Assembly (NCBI RefSeq): GCF_902459465.1
Contig: NC_047063.1
Location: forward strand, 24,118,001-24,182,000
Direction: 5' to 3'
From: Asterias rubens
Taxonomy: Eukaryota
Length of the DNA: 64,000 nucleotides
The notes below the pieces were generated by a model. It was given only the letters and a program-made list of their open reading frames with translations. It was not told where the DNA came from and did no database searches. Positions 13,172-25,598 of the stretch are shown here, piece by piece (within the stretch, counting starts at the first letter, position 1; each line of letters opens with the position of its first letter). The position numbers were made by a program, and so were the translations under genes.

Positions 13172-16100
13172 ATGGCAGTAAACCCTGGACAAGGAAAGGA
13201 ACTATTGTCAGCTCAAAAACATCTTCACAATCAGTGTGAGAGAATATGGACGGAAATCAATCAGGTATGAGAAAGATTTTTTTTTTTAAATTATTTAAAG
13301 AGAGAGAGAAAATTAAATTACCCGGCGACTAGGCCTAGGCCTTAATTCTCAAGACGCATTGTGGCAATGTGTGCGGCAGGCTCAAAGGATTGAAGAATCT
13401 TGCAATTGGTTCATCAAACTATTTTTTAAGTCAGCTTGACCATTGTTGTAGTAGTCACAACTATTTTTGTAGTAGTCGTGGTAGCCTGGTTAACAGAGTA
13501 GTAGAAAAATGGTAGTCGCGACTACGACACTGGTCTGGATCTGGATATGGATCAATACTGCAATGTAGGGATGTATAGGTTGCAGGTGTGTGGTGCTGGG
13601 GATATTATTATTATAATGCGCTCTACTTTTGATAATTAAGCCCAGGCCTACCCAGGGACCTCATCTAGATCAACTACCATGGCCATGTCTGTGCTGTTTC
13701 ATTGTAATTCCTTCTTATGAAGCACATTTTACAAAGCGTATCAATGTACTTTCACAAGAATGTCATATCAATCCAACTCTAGTGAGGTTGTAGCAGGTAC
13801 TTACATGCAGCATCTCTACCCACAGCATTCGGGATGAGCAGAGCCGTCAACTCTCCCTCATTCTGCAGACAGTTCCCTGAATTTGCCTGAAAATAAACCA
13901 ATCTGTAAAGCTTCCATGTTCTGATAAACTAATCTGAAAAAATCTCCCTGAACATGGAAAGTTTGTCCCTATTAGATTGAATGTAATTCTCAGATTGTGC
14001 AAATTGTGCAAAATTTCCCTGATTGCAAGATGCAAATGGCTGGCAGCACAGGTCTGGATTAAACACCTCCCACAGAAATTTGATAAACTATTCATGCATG
14101 AAGTGTGTCTCAGATTCAAATTTTGGGGGTTGAAAAACTAGCCATGCCATGTACTTCAAATGGAATCCTTGTGATTCAATACAGTTTTAGCTGTATGCTT
14201 CTCACCAAGTAAGTTTTTAAACTATTGGAGTATTTACCAATCTATGACCCTACTAATAAATTCACAGTTAACTGGTCTGTCAATATTATGTAGAAATCAA
14301 AGTATGTCGTGATTGTCGAGTGACAACAATTTTGTTAGATATTTTTTTACACATTTATTATTAAGAATGGTCTCTAAAAAACGAGTGACCTGGAGGCCCT
14401 CACTCGTCAGACTGTGGTTTCACAGACATTTTTTCATGTTGACGTGTTGTATTTCATCACAGATTCACGTTGGCCTCTCAAAAGAACAACCGTTGGGAAG
14501 TCTAGGTGCTGCAGAAAATCAAGTAAGTCAGGCCAGGAATTTCAGATCTTTAAGTTAAAGGGCAAGGCCATTTTTTACTTTTTAAATGGAAAATCTTAAG
14601 GTCCATTGGACACTTTTGAAGAGGCTCCAAGGGCCAATACTATTGGGCAACAAAGGCTATGGCCTCCAGGTAACCCAGGCCTGATAGGTGCATCCAAGTA
14701 GTAGTTTTGTGGTTGAGTGGTCTGAAAAACCATATTCCCAGGTAAGACTCTGGGTTTGATTTCACAAAGCAATAAAATCCATCATCATAGTACAAATTGT
14801 CAGCATCACCATCGTGATTTACATTGTGACATCACACTTTACTAAGCAACTACGATCAATCTTAGCTCTTTGTGTAATCGGCCCCTGGTCCTGCAGCCGA
14901 TTTCACGAAACTCTAGGATAAATCCTATCTCGAGCTACGACGAGTAACTCGTCCTGATTTGGGATGGGTTCAATGCGTCCTAACGTCTTCGGATACGGAA
15001 CTGAAACTCGTCCTACATGTAAGTCCTAAGTTTAATCCTAAGTAAATAGGAAGAGTTTGGTGAAATCAACGGCTGGAATTGCCCAGGGTCCACAGAGATG
15101 AGTGGTATGGACCAAAACCACTGAGCAAACCTGTATGGTTTACTAGCACATAGCAGTTTTGACTGAACGTTGTACGAAGGGTTAGTGTTAAGGTGAGCTC
15201 TATCTTGGTAAATCTACTGCCACCTACATGTTGCTAAGTGTCTCTATTTAAAGGCAGTGGACACTATTGGTAATAACTATTAGCATAAAACCTTACTTGG
15301 TGTTGAGTAATGGGGACAGGTTGGTAGTAATGGGAAGAGGTTGGTAGTAATGGGAAGAGGTTGGTAGTAATGGGAAGAGGTTGGTAGTAATGGGAAGAGG
15401 TTGGTAGTAATGGGAAGAGGTTGGTAGTAATGGGAAGAGGTTGGTAGTAATGGGAAGAGGTTGGTAGTAATGGGAAGAGGTTGGTAGTAATGGGAGTATA
15501 AACCATTGTGAGAAATGGCTCCCTCTGAGACAATGTTGTTTGAGACCTCAGATTTAGAATTTGATGTCTCGAAATCAAACATCTGAAAGCACACAGCGTC
15601 GTGTAACAAGCGTGTTTTTTTCTTTCATTACTATCTTGCGTGTGATAAAGGCCCTCGACTTCGGCTCGGGCTTGTATATCACACGGCTATTTGACCATGC
15701 CTGTTTTAAACGACCGTGAAAGAACTAGTAGCTACCCTATTATTCCCTTATTGTTGTGTGTATTATCAGTAATGGAAATGCATCAATGCATGTTTGTGTC
15801 TATCCAATGAAGTCATGGGATTTCTGGTACTATTTACAACAACAACATTATTCAGCTTAAACACCAGCATGGCTTTGTGTAAAGGTTGACAAACTTACTT
15901 TCCATTTCTTTCTTGACTTCCTCTTTCAGATGCTGGAAGTGAGCAAAGCAAAGGAGAAACAACTGACAGGGGAGATTCACGCTTTGCAAAATGCACCAAT
16001 AGAAGGTACATAAATAAGCAGTGTCTCATCTCCATTTATGTTACATGTAGGGTCAAATTAAAGTGGGCCACAGAATGCTCTGAAATATATTACATTTTCC

Positions 16101-19100
16101 TAGTAGATGGAGTCCATAGAAAACAAGAACAAAATATAACGAGTCTCTTACCTCGTGTTAAAACAGGGTAAAAATGTTTTTTTCTCTGAAACACTCAAGA
16201 CCCAAATTCTGAAAACCGTGAGGTCAATTAAACCTGCGATTATCCTGTAGCCCCTGTTTAAAGTCAGCTACTGCCAGTAGTTAAAGATTAGTTTTATAGC
16301 TTTGTCTCCCATTTTTTTAATCATGTTTTAAAACTTGTTTTACGTGTGAGTTTGCAACTCTTCTTTTGTTTGTGTGTGTATTGATGTATGCCTTTGCCTG
16401 TTTATTGATAATCTCTATTCCTATAACTATGTTTTTGTGTGTTTGTATTTGATGCACAATTTATATTTTCTTAAAATGCTTTTTTGTGTGTGTATTGATC
16501 TAACCCTTTTATTGTTAATTTAAATTTTCTTAACTTTGTAAAAACTTTGTAAGTTTGAGTGGTGGAGCCTTTTGGTTGTTTTTTTATTCAAATGAAATAA
16601 ACCATTAACCACAAAGTTCAAAAATTGGACATGAGGAAATGTTTTAAATGTCGAGTTGAAATCAAGTTTTTTTTTTAAGAACCCCCCCCCAACTCATTTA
16701 GAGATAGACATTGCATGGTATTTCCACCATGCAAAGTTTCCTACTTAAATTGTACATTATTTGTACTTGTGTGTCATTCCACTCCAGCCTATCCAAATGA
16801 CCCCACAACTCTCAGGGCTATTCTACAGCGAGAGTTGGAGACTTCAGTAGTTCAGCTGGAACAGACGCTTGGTGTCGTACAAACACAGAGGAAAGAGCTG
16901 GAGGAAGAATTGAACAGGGAGAAACTGTTGCTGGAACAACACAAGGAGGTTCAGCAAAGTCTTCAAGAGAAACTTGAAGAAGCCAAGGGCATGGCCTTAC
17001 AACAACATAACAGGTAAATCAGGGGCTTCCCTTATAGTGAACCACGTTTTTTCACTTGCCCGCATGTGATACACAAACAAATTGAAATGGTAAAAGAAAA
17101 GAAAAAACATGGGAAGTGAAGTTCGCAAAATTAGTTGACTTGCGCGGCTGACTAGTGAAGGATTGTTTGGGTTTTGACTCCCCCCCCCCTGCGCTATTTT
17201 CACTCGCATTTGGCGACCAGGCAACCACTTATTTCGAACCATGTAAATATGCACTATTTTTTGTCCTTGGAGCTTTAATTTCTGGAATATTAGGATTTAG
17301 ACTAATTTTACAACAATTTGAACCAACTGAGCTATATATTTAGTAGCCTTAGGTCACCCTGTTTTGTCAATATCTTTGTTCAGTGAGAGCTCTGTCATGA
17401 CTTTGTATGAAGTATAATATTACTGGGTTTCAGTGAAGTCTCTCTCTTCTGTTCTCTAGTGATAAAGGTCTGAAGGAGTTATCAAAGAAGAGACTCCGTG
17501 CATTGGAGCTGCAGCAAGACTTGATGCGCAGATTGGCACACTTTGCCACTAAGCACTTTCCGCTACCCTCACTGGCAGATGTCAACAAAACAAGTAAAAG
17601 GGTATGTGAATGGGTACCCACTCATAGTGTGCATAAATGCGTTGCAAAGACCATCTCGACCAATCCAAGGCAACGTGTTCCTTTAAGTCTGATTTCCAAT
17701 TTCTTTTGCCATTGGAAAAAGTGATTCAATAGCCTGAAAGTCTATTAAAGCCTGCATAGAATGGCCAGCCGCTGTTTGACAGAGACTGAATCAAGCAATT
17801 TTGGCCATGACTGTGGCACATTGCGAGAGGTTTAGAGCGTCAGACTCAAGTTATTGTTGTCGGGGCCCCTACCATGACACTTGTTGAGCAAGTGACTGAA
17901 CTGTAATTGCTTCTCTTCATTCATAAGTAAATGGGTACCTGTGGGGGCAGAGATAGTTCCTGTGATTTTTGTTAGCTTGGTAGGCTACACATTATGCAGC
18001 ACAAGCTGTACAATCCCAAGGGAGCTGAGATGGTTTTGGGAATGACATGAATGGCCCATTTACCAGGGGTATAAACGTCCGAGGGCCATTAGCATCACTG
18101 AGTTATGGATTTGAGCGCTATCTAAGAAGCCACTTTTATTATTACAATTAAATTATCAGTGAAATTGGACCCAGATGCGAACATTTGATGTCATGAGTCA
18201 CATCGTCTATACCACTAGAAATAATTGATTAAAACTCTGCTTTACTTGTAACTCTATTTTCATTTATTTATATGTTGAATAGAGACGAAGCTCTGCAGAG
18301 TCAGATGACGAGCAGCATCGCTACATATCACTCCTCGAAATATTAGAGGTCAGAGTTCAATTACCGTTGTAAAAATCTTCTCTCCATTTATAATCGCGAC
18401 AGCCTACTCCGTAAACTGTACGACACAACAACACTTTACTCCCACCATCTGTAAGAAAGTGGTTGGTCAGGGTGCCTTTGGTTAAAGCGGCCCCAACCTA
18501 CGGAACAAACACTCCCTCCAGAAATCGGCCAGTCTGACTTGACCTAGTGCCTATAGATATAAGCACTAACGCTTTATAAGAACTTTGTATTATTATTAAG
18601 TGTTAGCCTCTTTCCTCTTTAAAAAGCAGCATGTATTTTTTGTTGAGCATTTCTTTAAAAGTGACAAAATATTCACAGACAGTGTTCATTTTTGTGTGCT
18701 TTTAAAAACCATATACATGAAACAACAAATCTGTGAAAGTTTGGGCTTTATTTATTGTACAGGTCAGGAGAAGTTAGTGGAAAACTTGCACAATTTTCTT
18801 CATACAACTTAATTGTCCTTAAATTTTGTCGTTTTTTACAACCGAAATCAGCTGTTGCATGTAGGTCTTCAGATACAGTTTTCTCGACTATGACTTCATT
18901 TCAGAGGGAAACATTTCACAGAATAAAATAGTTCAAGTATGAATTTCGTTATCAGTTAATCAGTAACTAAGACTGATTATTATCAGTTATTAAATTAATT
19001 ACTTAAGTAACTAAGCTTTCAGACTAAAGTTAAACAATGATGTACCCATTCTGTAAAATATCTTTTGAGTTTGTTGATATCATGGGACTATTCATTTGTT

Positions 19101-19279
19101 TTGTACTGTCGACATTTCAGGTTCTGATGAATAAGTGCACAGATGATGAGCCGGATCCCTACATCACACTGGATGAGTCTTTCTGGCCGCCATACATCGA
19201 GCTTCTGCTGAGATGTGGCATTGCACTGCGCCACCCGCAGGCCTGCCAACGCATCCGATTGGTCCCGTTTCACCTCTGA
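13172..19279 (+). CDS. CENPK: Centromere protein K, 7 coding exons, 273 aa
   Basis: Exons 13172-13264, 14463-14522, 15930-16005, 16788-17013, 17460-17601, 18283-18348 and 19121-19279; all GT-AG with consistent phases. Coiled-coil middle. The C-terminus DPYITLDESFWPPYIELLLRCGIALRHP...RIRLVPFHL matches the CENP-K signature as I recall it. Probable non-coding first exon ends at the gtaagt donor at 12269. Confidence 0.93.
15248..15640. mobile_element. Truncated family A MITE carrying an internal 20-bp minisatellite
   Basis: Left terminus TTAAAGGCAGTGGACAC; 8 perfect copies of TTGGTAGTAATGGGAAGAGG at 15321-15480. Confidence 0.8.
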
Positions 19280-19730
19280 TCTCTATGAATAAACATCGGA
19301 GGTGTGACTGGTCAGAGATTTGTAAGTTGTTAGGCTGAGTACTCTGGGATCGTGTTTTCTCTTCTCAGATTCGCTCATCATAAAGACATCATCGACACAT
19401 CCGATTGGTCCCGTTTCACCTCTGACCGCTATGAATAAACATTAAAGATCATGATGTGACTGGTCAGAGAATTATAAGTTGTTATGATGAGTGCTGTGGA
19501 ATGCACTCTGCTCTTCTCAGATATTATCAAGGCATTCTATTGGTCATCTGTCACCTCTGACCTCTATGAATAAACATTACAGATGTGAGTGGTCAGAGAA
19601 TTATAAGTTGTTATGATGAGTGCTATGGAATGCACTCTGCTCTTCTCAGATATTATCATCATCAAGACATTCTAATCTGTCACCTCTGACCTCTATGCAT
19701 CAACATTGCAGATGTGAGTGGTCAGGTTAC
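19252..19730 (+). repeat. Diverged 135-146 bp tandem repeat spanning the CENPK stop codon and poly(A) signal
   Basis: CATCCGATTGGTCCCGTTTCACCTCTGA recurs at 19252 and 19398. AATAAA at 19288, 19434 and 19569. Further decayed copies near 19905, 20365 and 20435. Confidence 0.85.
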
Positions 19731-19999
19731 GCGTCTGAGCCGAGTGGTCTTCGAGGTTAAGAAATGGCACCTAACACATTTTCACCTGTTCTCTGTTGAT
19801 AGCTAAAGCACTCTGAACTTAGTGAATTATAATTAGCCGAGTGATCTTGGAATGGAGGCAGGTAGCTCTTCTCTGATGTCGATCATCATTCATCAATGAA
19901 TTTGATTGGTTGTTTGTGATCTCTGACCTCTATGAGTACCGGTAAACAATACTGCTGTGGAAGAGATGTTCAATTTGCATCGGGATAAAAATATTATTT

Positions 20000-20230
20000 T
20001 TGGTTTTTACCGATACACCGATGTGTGTTAGCACTGTATACTCAGTACTTCCCCCCCGAGTACTGTGAACAAAATATCACAGGCATGTTACTCGGGTGGG
20101 ATTTGAACCCACGACCCTTGCAATTCTAGAGCAGTGTCTTACCAACTGGACTACCGAGGTTGCCCCGTAGCTAGAGGCAGTTTGAGTCCCATGTTTTGGC
20201 AGCGGGTACCGCAACGATATAAGAGATGAA
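20000..20230 (-). mobile_element. tRNA-derived SINE (family S2)
   Basis: Minus strand GGTAAGACACTGCTCTAGAATTGCAAGGGTCGTGGGTTCAAATCCC; related fragment at about 6320-6435. Confidence 0.6.
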
Positions 20231-21962
20231 TACTGCTGTGACCGACTGTTCAGTGAAGCAAGATGCTATTTGATTGCCAATTTGAACTGAGACCTCAATG
20301 AGTGTAAATTAGCCGAGTGATCTTGAAAACAATCTGCTCAGCTCAGTTGTAGAAATGGCATTCACTTGGTCACCTTTCACCCCTGACCTCTATGAATAAT
20401 CATTCAAAAATTCTCAAAATGTACAAGTGGCATCCATTTTCACCTTTGACCTGTGTGAATAACCATAAAGTCATTTTTATAAGAAAGAACTTTGGTCCCT
20501 GAGAGACTGTAGACCATGTTTTATGCATCTGGTTGGACACATTTTTACCTCAGATCAAATATTAAGTGATTTGAATAAGAAAGGATGGTTAGTGATCCAT
20601 GTTTCTAGCAGTACTCAGTTCCATGCGGTCATTATTTTTGTTCTGTATATTATGCAGCACCATGTAGAACTTGCAGAGTGGTCAAACTTGCATGAATTTT
20701 ATGTCAATTAATTTTACAGGGTCTTTCAGCCCCTATGTATATGGTTTTTGTTTGAAAGTGATCTGTGTACAAATGTGAATTATACAAATTAAAAAAAATA
20801 GTGGTTAGACCATAAAGGTTTTTAATCTCTTTATTGTGAATTATATAATAAAACCGGTTGGACAGAACTTCTCCACCTAAAGATGTTTTAAAAGGTCTTT
20901 ACTCTTTATTATATCAATTGAGGAAATAGAATTAGCTGTTGCAAACAGTTTACCAACCGAAAGGACCAGTCAGCATTTTTCTTTTTTTTCATATTAGATC
21001 TATCTTGGTAAACTGAGGGTGCTTTGTCCCAAAGGCGTTTGTGTGTTATGGATCTGAATATTTCACATGTCCAACATACAGGGCCCAATTTCATAAAGCC
21101 TGTAAGCACAAAAATTTGCTGAGCATGAAATTTCTTTCTTGATAAAATAAGGTTACCAACAAAATTTTAATTTGTTGCATATTGCTTGTTACTGGCATTC
21201 AGCTGTTGTTTGATGATTCTGAAAATCACCTGGAAATTTGGTTGGTAATCCTGTTTTGGAAGAAATTTCATGCTAAGCGAATTTGTTTTGCTTAGAGACT
21301 TTATGAAATTGGGCCCAGGCCTGATACTTGAAGCAATGAAGGTGATTGCCTCCATGCCCCCTGCTCATTGCCTTGATGTCTTAAAAAGGATCTTACAGTA
21401 GAAATTTACTGTAAAAATTTGGTGCCATTGCCCTTTTAAAAATGAAACAGGCCTGACCATAGACAAAATATGTTTAGGGGGAGCAAGGTAATACATTTTT
21501 TTAACGAAGGGGCACTCGCCACCACATCAATACTTTAGCATTCCCATTTCTTTATTTACGCAATGAATGGTATGCCTTTTGTTTTTTGTCGATATTCAGG
21601 AAGTGAGTTGACAACTAAACTTCAATTCAATGTTAATTTATTTACCACAGCATTAAACATTCAATTATGACAACATCAGAGAATATCAAATACAAGAAGA
21701 CAATTTTATTTAACAGATTTTAAGAATTTTTGATGCAAAACAGATGTGACACTGCAGAGGGATCCATTAACCTTGCAGGCAATTGTGGCGGTCCATGGCG
21801 GTGTCAAACAATTATCTACAAACTTCAGTAAAACTAAACATTCCTGCTACTTCTTTGTAGTAGCATGTAAACAATAGGAAGTTATATTGTTTTCTTGTAT
21901 TCATGAATGGATGGCCTGCTCTAAACCAACCCATTGGGGTAGACCTATACATACAGCCTCTC

Positions 21963-22386
21963 TTAAAGGCAGTGGACACTATTGGTAATCACTCAAAATA
22001 ATTATTTATTAGCATATACATCCTTACTTTGTAATGAGTAATGGGGAGAGGTTGATAGTATACAAAAGTAGAGTATAAAATGTGAGAAACGGCTCCCTCT
22101 AAAGTAAGGTAGTTTTAGAGTTTCCACGAATTTGATTTTGAGACCTCGGGTTTAGAATTTGACGTCTCGAAATCAAGCATCTGAAAGCATACAACTTCGT
22201 GTGACAAGGGTGTTTTTTCCTTTCATTATCTCGCAACCTCAACAATCCATTGAGCTCAAATTTTCACAGCCTGTGAAAATAACAAATCTGTGACAGGTTT
22301 TTTTTTTTTTTGCATGTTGAGATACATCAACTGTGAAGGCTAGCCTTTAACAATTACCAATACAATGTAGTTTCCACTGCCTTTAA
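21963..22386. mobile_element. TTAA-flanked non-autonomous DNA transposon, family A (Kolobok-like), full copy
   Basis: TTAA-AGGCAGTGGACACTATTGGTAA ... TTCCACTGCCT-TTAA. TTAA duplication plus AG...CT termini fits Kolobok better than piggyBac (inference). Partial copies near 60-170, 433-500, 3362-3420, 9030-9450, 26222-26400, 38680-38815 and 55420-55755. Confidence 0.8.
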
Positions 22387-22933
22387 GAGAGGTTTACTAA
22401 CCACTATACACATAGAGTCTGTCTACGCACAATCCATGCACACGTGACACACGGACCATTGATTCCACACATAAGTCTTTATCATCCAATCAGGGTTCTT
22501 CAGCCAATACACAAAACGGAAAAACTTGTTCTCTCTGTTTTCACAAAATACTAAGAAAAAATGATTGAATGCTCCTGACTGCTCTGTAGGACTTTAAAAA
22601 CCAAATACAATGTAGAAACATTCAGATGACCTTGTTCCAATTCTCAGTGTGCTTTGGGCCAATAATCCCAACATTTGAGTCCAGAATGCCCCACAGTTTT
22701 GAAAAAATCCTGATTGAGAACCTTGATACAGACTGTGTTTGTGTATCATAATATGTCAATGTAGGGTCATTTGGCAGAGTCCATGCAGTGTATTTATTGT
22801 ACTTAGGACTCGTGATAACAACCTTGTAATCACGGCTAAAGCCAGGCAGCTTCCCTTGAAATAATTGTCCTATACCATCCCTTGATAGCATTAATAATAC
22901 ATCAACAGTTCTCCATAGTTTCAATATTTGATG

Positions 22934-24222
22934 CTAGCTCTCTTCATTCGTCTTGATTTTGTCCTCTGCTGCTTTTCTTGCCTCATCTCGTGATCTTCCC
23001 AGCTCGCCTCTCTCAGGAGGAATCTCTGGTATCGTCTGCAAGAAAAAGAAACAATGTAAGAACTGAGAAAACGCTGCAGAGTAGGTGCAACTTTAACCGT
23101 GGAAATTTACTATGGCTGAATGAATTTTTTAGCTAAAATCCCGATAACAACTTGAATTTGATCATTCAAACTGAAACACATGGATATTGGGGAGCGATTC
23201 AAAATCCAAACAGTAGAATGTTCTAAAGGGATCGTTTTAATAACAGAACATTCCTACTGTTCTGCCTGCTGGAATACTTGAAACCGGGCAGACGTCTGTT
23301 GGAACATTCCATTGTTTGGCACAATGTCATGTTCCAGCAGAACATCCTTTTTGCCCGGAACTTGCCTGACTTTTTAGATTGTCCCTTCAGATAAGAGTCT
23401 TAACTTTTCTAAGAATTTTATATGAAGTACATGTATACTTCTTAGGCCTCCCCTTGAATGTAACTGATACAACTTCTATTTGGAAATTTACACTTATTTC
23501 TTGTTTTTTTTCTTCTTTTTTATGTGGTGGTGATTGTGGTGTTTTTGTTTGATGGAATTGGAAAACAAATGGACAGAACTTAAATTTTAACCTTTTTTTT
23601 TATTTTATTGTTTGTCCTGTCTTTCGAATGTTAAAGCCATTATACACTTTCGGAACAGGAAAAAACAAAAAAGTTCACAGATTTACAAATAACTTACTGG
23701 GTTTACAGAAGGTAATGGTGAAAGACTTCTCTTGAAATATTATTCCATGAAATGCTTTACTTTTTGAGAAAACATTAAAGCATATCAATTCTCGGTAGCG
23801 AGAATTACGGATTTATTTATTGAAACAAGGGTGGGTTTTCCCGTTATTTTCTCCCGACTCCAATGACCGATTGAGCCTATACTTTCACAGGTTTGTTATT
23901 TTATATAAGTTGTGATACACGAAGTGTGGGCCTTGGACAATACTGTTTACCGAAAGTGTCCAATGGCTTCAACCGTGTTGGTTTTTCTGTTGTTTTTATA
24001 TTTGTATCTCTTGCCAGTTGAACATTTTGTTGGTACTGTGTGAATGTTTTTATCTGTGTAATTAATAATAAATGAAATGAACATGAAAAACTGTGCCAGC
24101 ATCCTAGACATTACCATATCAGGCTTGTAGTAGGCATGTACAACTTGCGCTCCTGCCATCATGGACAACATGCTGGCCGTCAAGAATTTCAAATACGGAA
24201 ACAAGTCTATTCCAGCAGGCAT
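22934..24222 (-). CDS. UQCC6: Complex III assembly microprotein UQCC6/BRAWNIN (C12orf73), 2 exons, 69 aa
   Basis: Exons 24222-24115 and 23035-22934. Translation MPAGIDLFPYLKFLTASMLSMMAGAQVVHAYYKPDM|TIPEIPPERGELG... matches the BRAWNIN pattern (MPAG...AGAxVVHxYYxPDxTIPEIPP). Minus-strand AATAAA at 22793-22798. Confidence 0.93.
23631..23972. mobile_element. TTAA-flanked MITE family B in the UQCC6 intron
   Basis: TIRs AGCCATTATACACTTTCGG / CCGAAAGTGTCCAATGGCT; related to 33065-33493. Confidence 0.75.
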
Positions 24223-24466
24223 TTTCAACTCTTGATCTTTGTAGCACCCCAATTTGTCAGAAATGGACACAAATCAATTCCCTTTTCACGTCTGATGAAT
24301 GAATTTCCTTCCAAAAAGCGATGTTTCCAGACAGACAACTCTTTACATTCTTGTCAAATGAGATACATGTAAGACGCACACTGCACTAGTTTAACAAGAT
24401 GCTTCATCATCGCTCAGAATCAGGTTTTGAGTTATTCAAACAAACAGCTCATCATTGTACACTGGA

Positions 24467-24568
24467 GTCACTCCTACTAGCTTGACACACTTGACGTCTT
24501 CTCCTGATTCTCTGCTAGTCACTCCTACTAGCTTGACACACTTGACGTCTTCTCCTGATTCTCTGCTA
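24467..24568. repeat. Perfect 51-bp tandem duplication including the UQCC5 stop codon
   Basis: GTCACTCCTACTAGCTTGACACACTTGACGTCTTCTCCTGATTCTCTGCTA occurs twice. Confidence 0.95.
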
Positions 24569-25598
24569 GCGCTAGTTTGGTCGCATGGTTACGCTCAGAT
24601 TCCTTCCTACGATATACATCATCTGGAAATAAGTAACAAAGAAAATAATATACTTTTTTAAAAGGGAAAAACTTTATAAAAAAGTGTTGGCACTCATTTT
24701 TGTTTAAAGGGTTATTTATGGAGGTAGGATTTAACAAGAATCATTTTTAATAAAAAGAAAGATACACAACTAGCATGGGATGGATGGAGTTTTAACGTCT
24801 TTTCATAACCAAACCAAACTTTTTTATAGGAAAATGTTACCACAACTCACTGCCGAAAAGTAAATTTGATTAAATCGTAATTTTAAAAATTCAATCAAGA
24901 CTATTGAGTGAGTGTTTGTGACTGTTTCATGCTGCTGTTGCCAACGGTAACATTTATTAACAAGTGTATTGTTTGTTTTAAATGTAAGCTATTCTAGGCA
25001 AAAAATTTACCGGTTTAGTTATGCCAGTGCAATAACAGGAAAAGTTTCCGTATGGCGCCGTATGGCACCACTTTTTCATTCGATATGAATCTGAATCTGA
25101 ATCTGAATTATATAGTCGGCAAAGCACCCTTTCAGTTTCGGAAACGTCACACTCACACATTATAATTAATAGTATCAGATTTACCTTAATGAGATATCCT
25201 TTTTTGTAAAATTTAGTGAAAAAGGGATGGCGCCATCCGGAAAGTTATCCCAATCAATAACAAAATCAAAATTTACATTAAATAATAAAATATTACTTCA
25301 CTTTGACTCCCCTTTCATTTTGCCATAAACCACGCCCATATTATCATAACCCTTCAGCTGTATGGTACCCGTTTTCGCTGAGCACAAAAACAACATACTA
25401 CACACGGCGTAGCCAGACTGACATTGGCCAGAAACGAAACTTACAAAATGTTTCTCTGCCGGGTGCAATTCGGGCGTTGATCATCACCCATTCCAGCGAA
25501 GCCCCGAAGCCGAAAAACAGAGGCAGGAACCTGTACAACCCTAGCCTCTTCCCGGGCCACAGATTGAGGATTTGGCGAAGAGTTTTACTGTAAAACAT
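24528..25598 (-). CDS. UQCC5: Complex III assembly microprotein UQCC5/SMIM4, 2 exons, 82 aa
   Basis: Exons 25598-25445 (T|gtaagt) and 24622-24528 (ccag|AT). Translation MFYSKTLRQILNLWPGKRLGLYRFLPLFFGFGASLEWVMINARIAPGRETF|YDVYRRKESER matches SMIM4 (PGK..G.YRFLP.FF..G...EW.MI......ETFYDVYRRK.SER). Confidence 0.93.

Noticed and set aside
19277-19316. TGA followed by a hairpin as a possible selenocysteine or readthrough signal
   Set aside because: The stop aligns with the known CENP-K C-terminus, and the hairpin lacks SECIS geometry.
19485-19560. ATGATGA ... CTGA pairs resembling C/D box snoRNAs in the CENPK 3' repeats
   Set aside because: No terminal stem flanks the boxes, the location is not intronic, and the motifs are explained by the tandem repeat.
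25194-25202. ATATCCTTT, a U12 donor-like motif
   Set aside because: It lies within a family D MITE and antisense to UQCC5. I saw no tandem U11-binding (USSE-like) motif in ZCRB1 or TXNL4B by eye.
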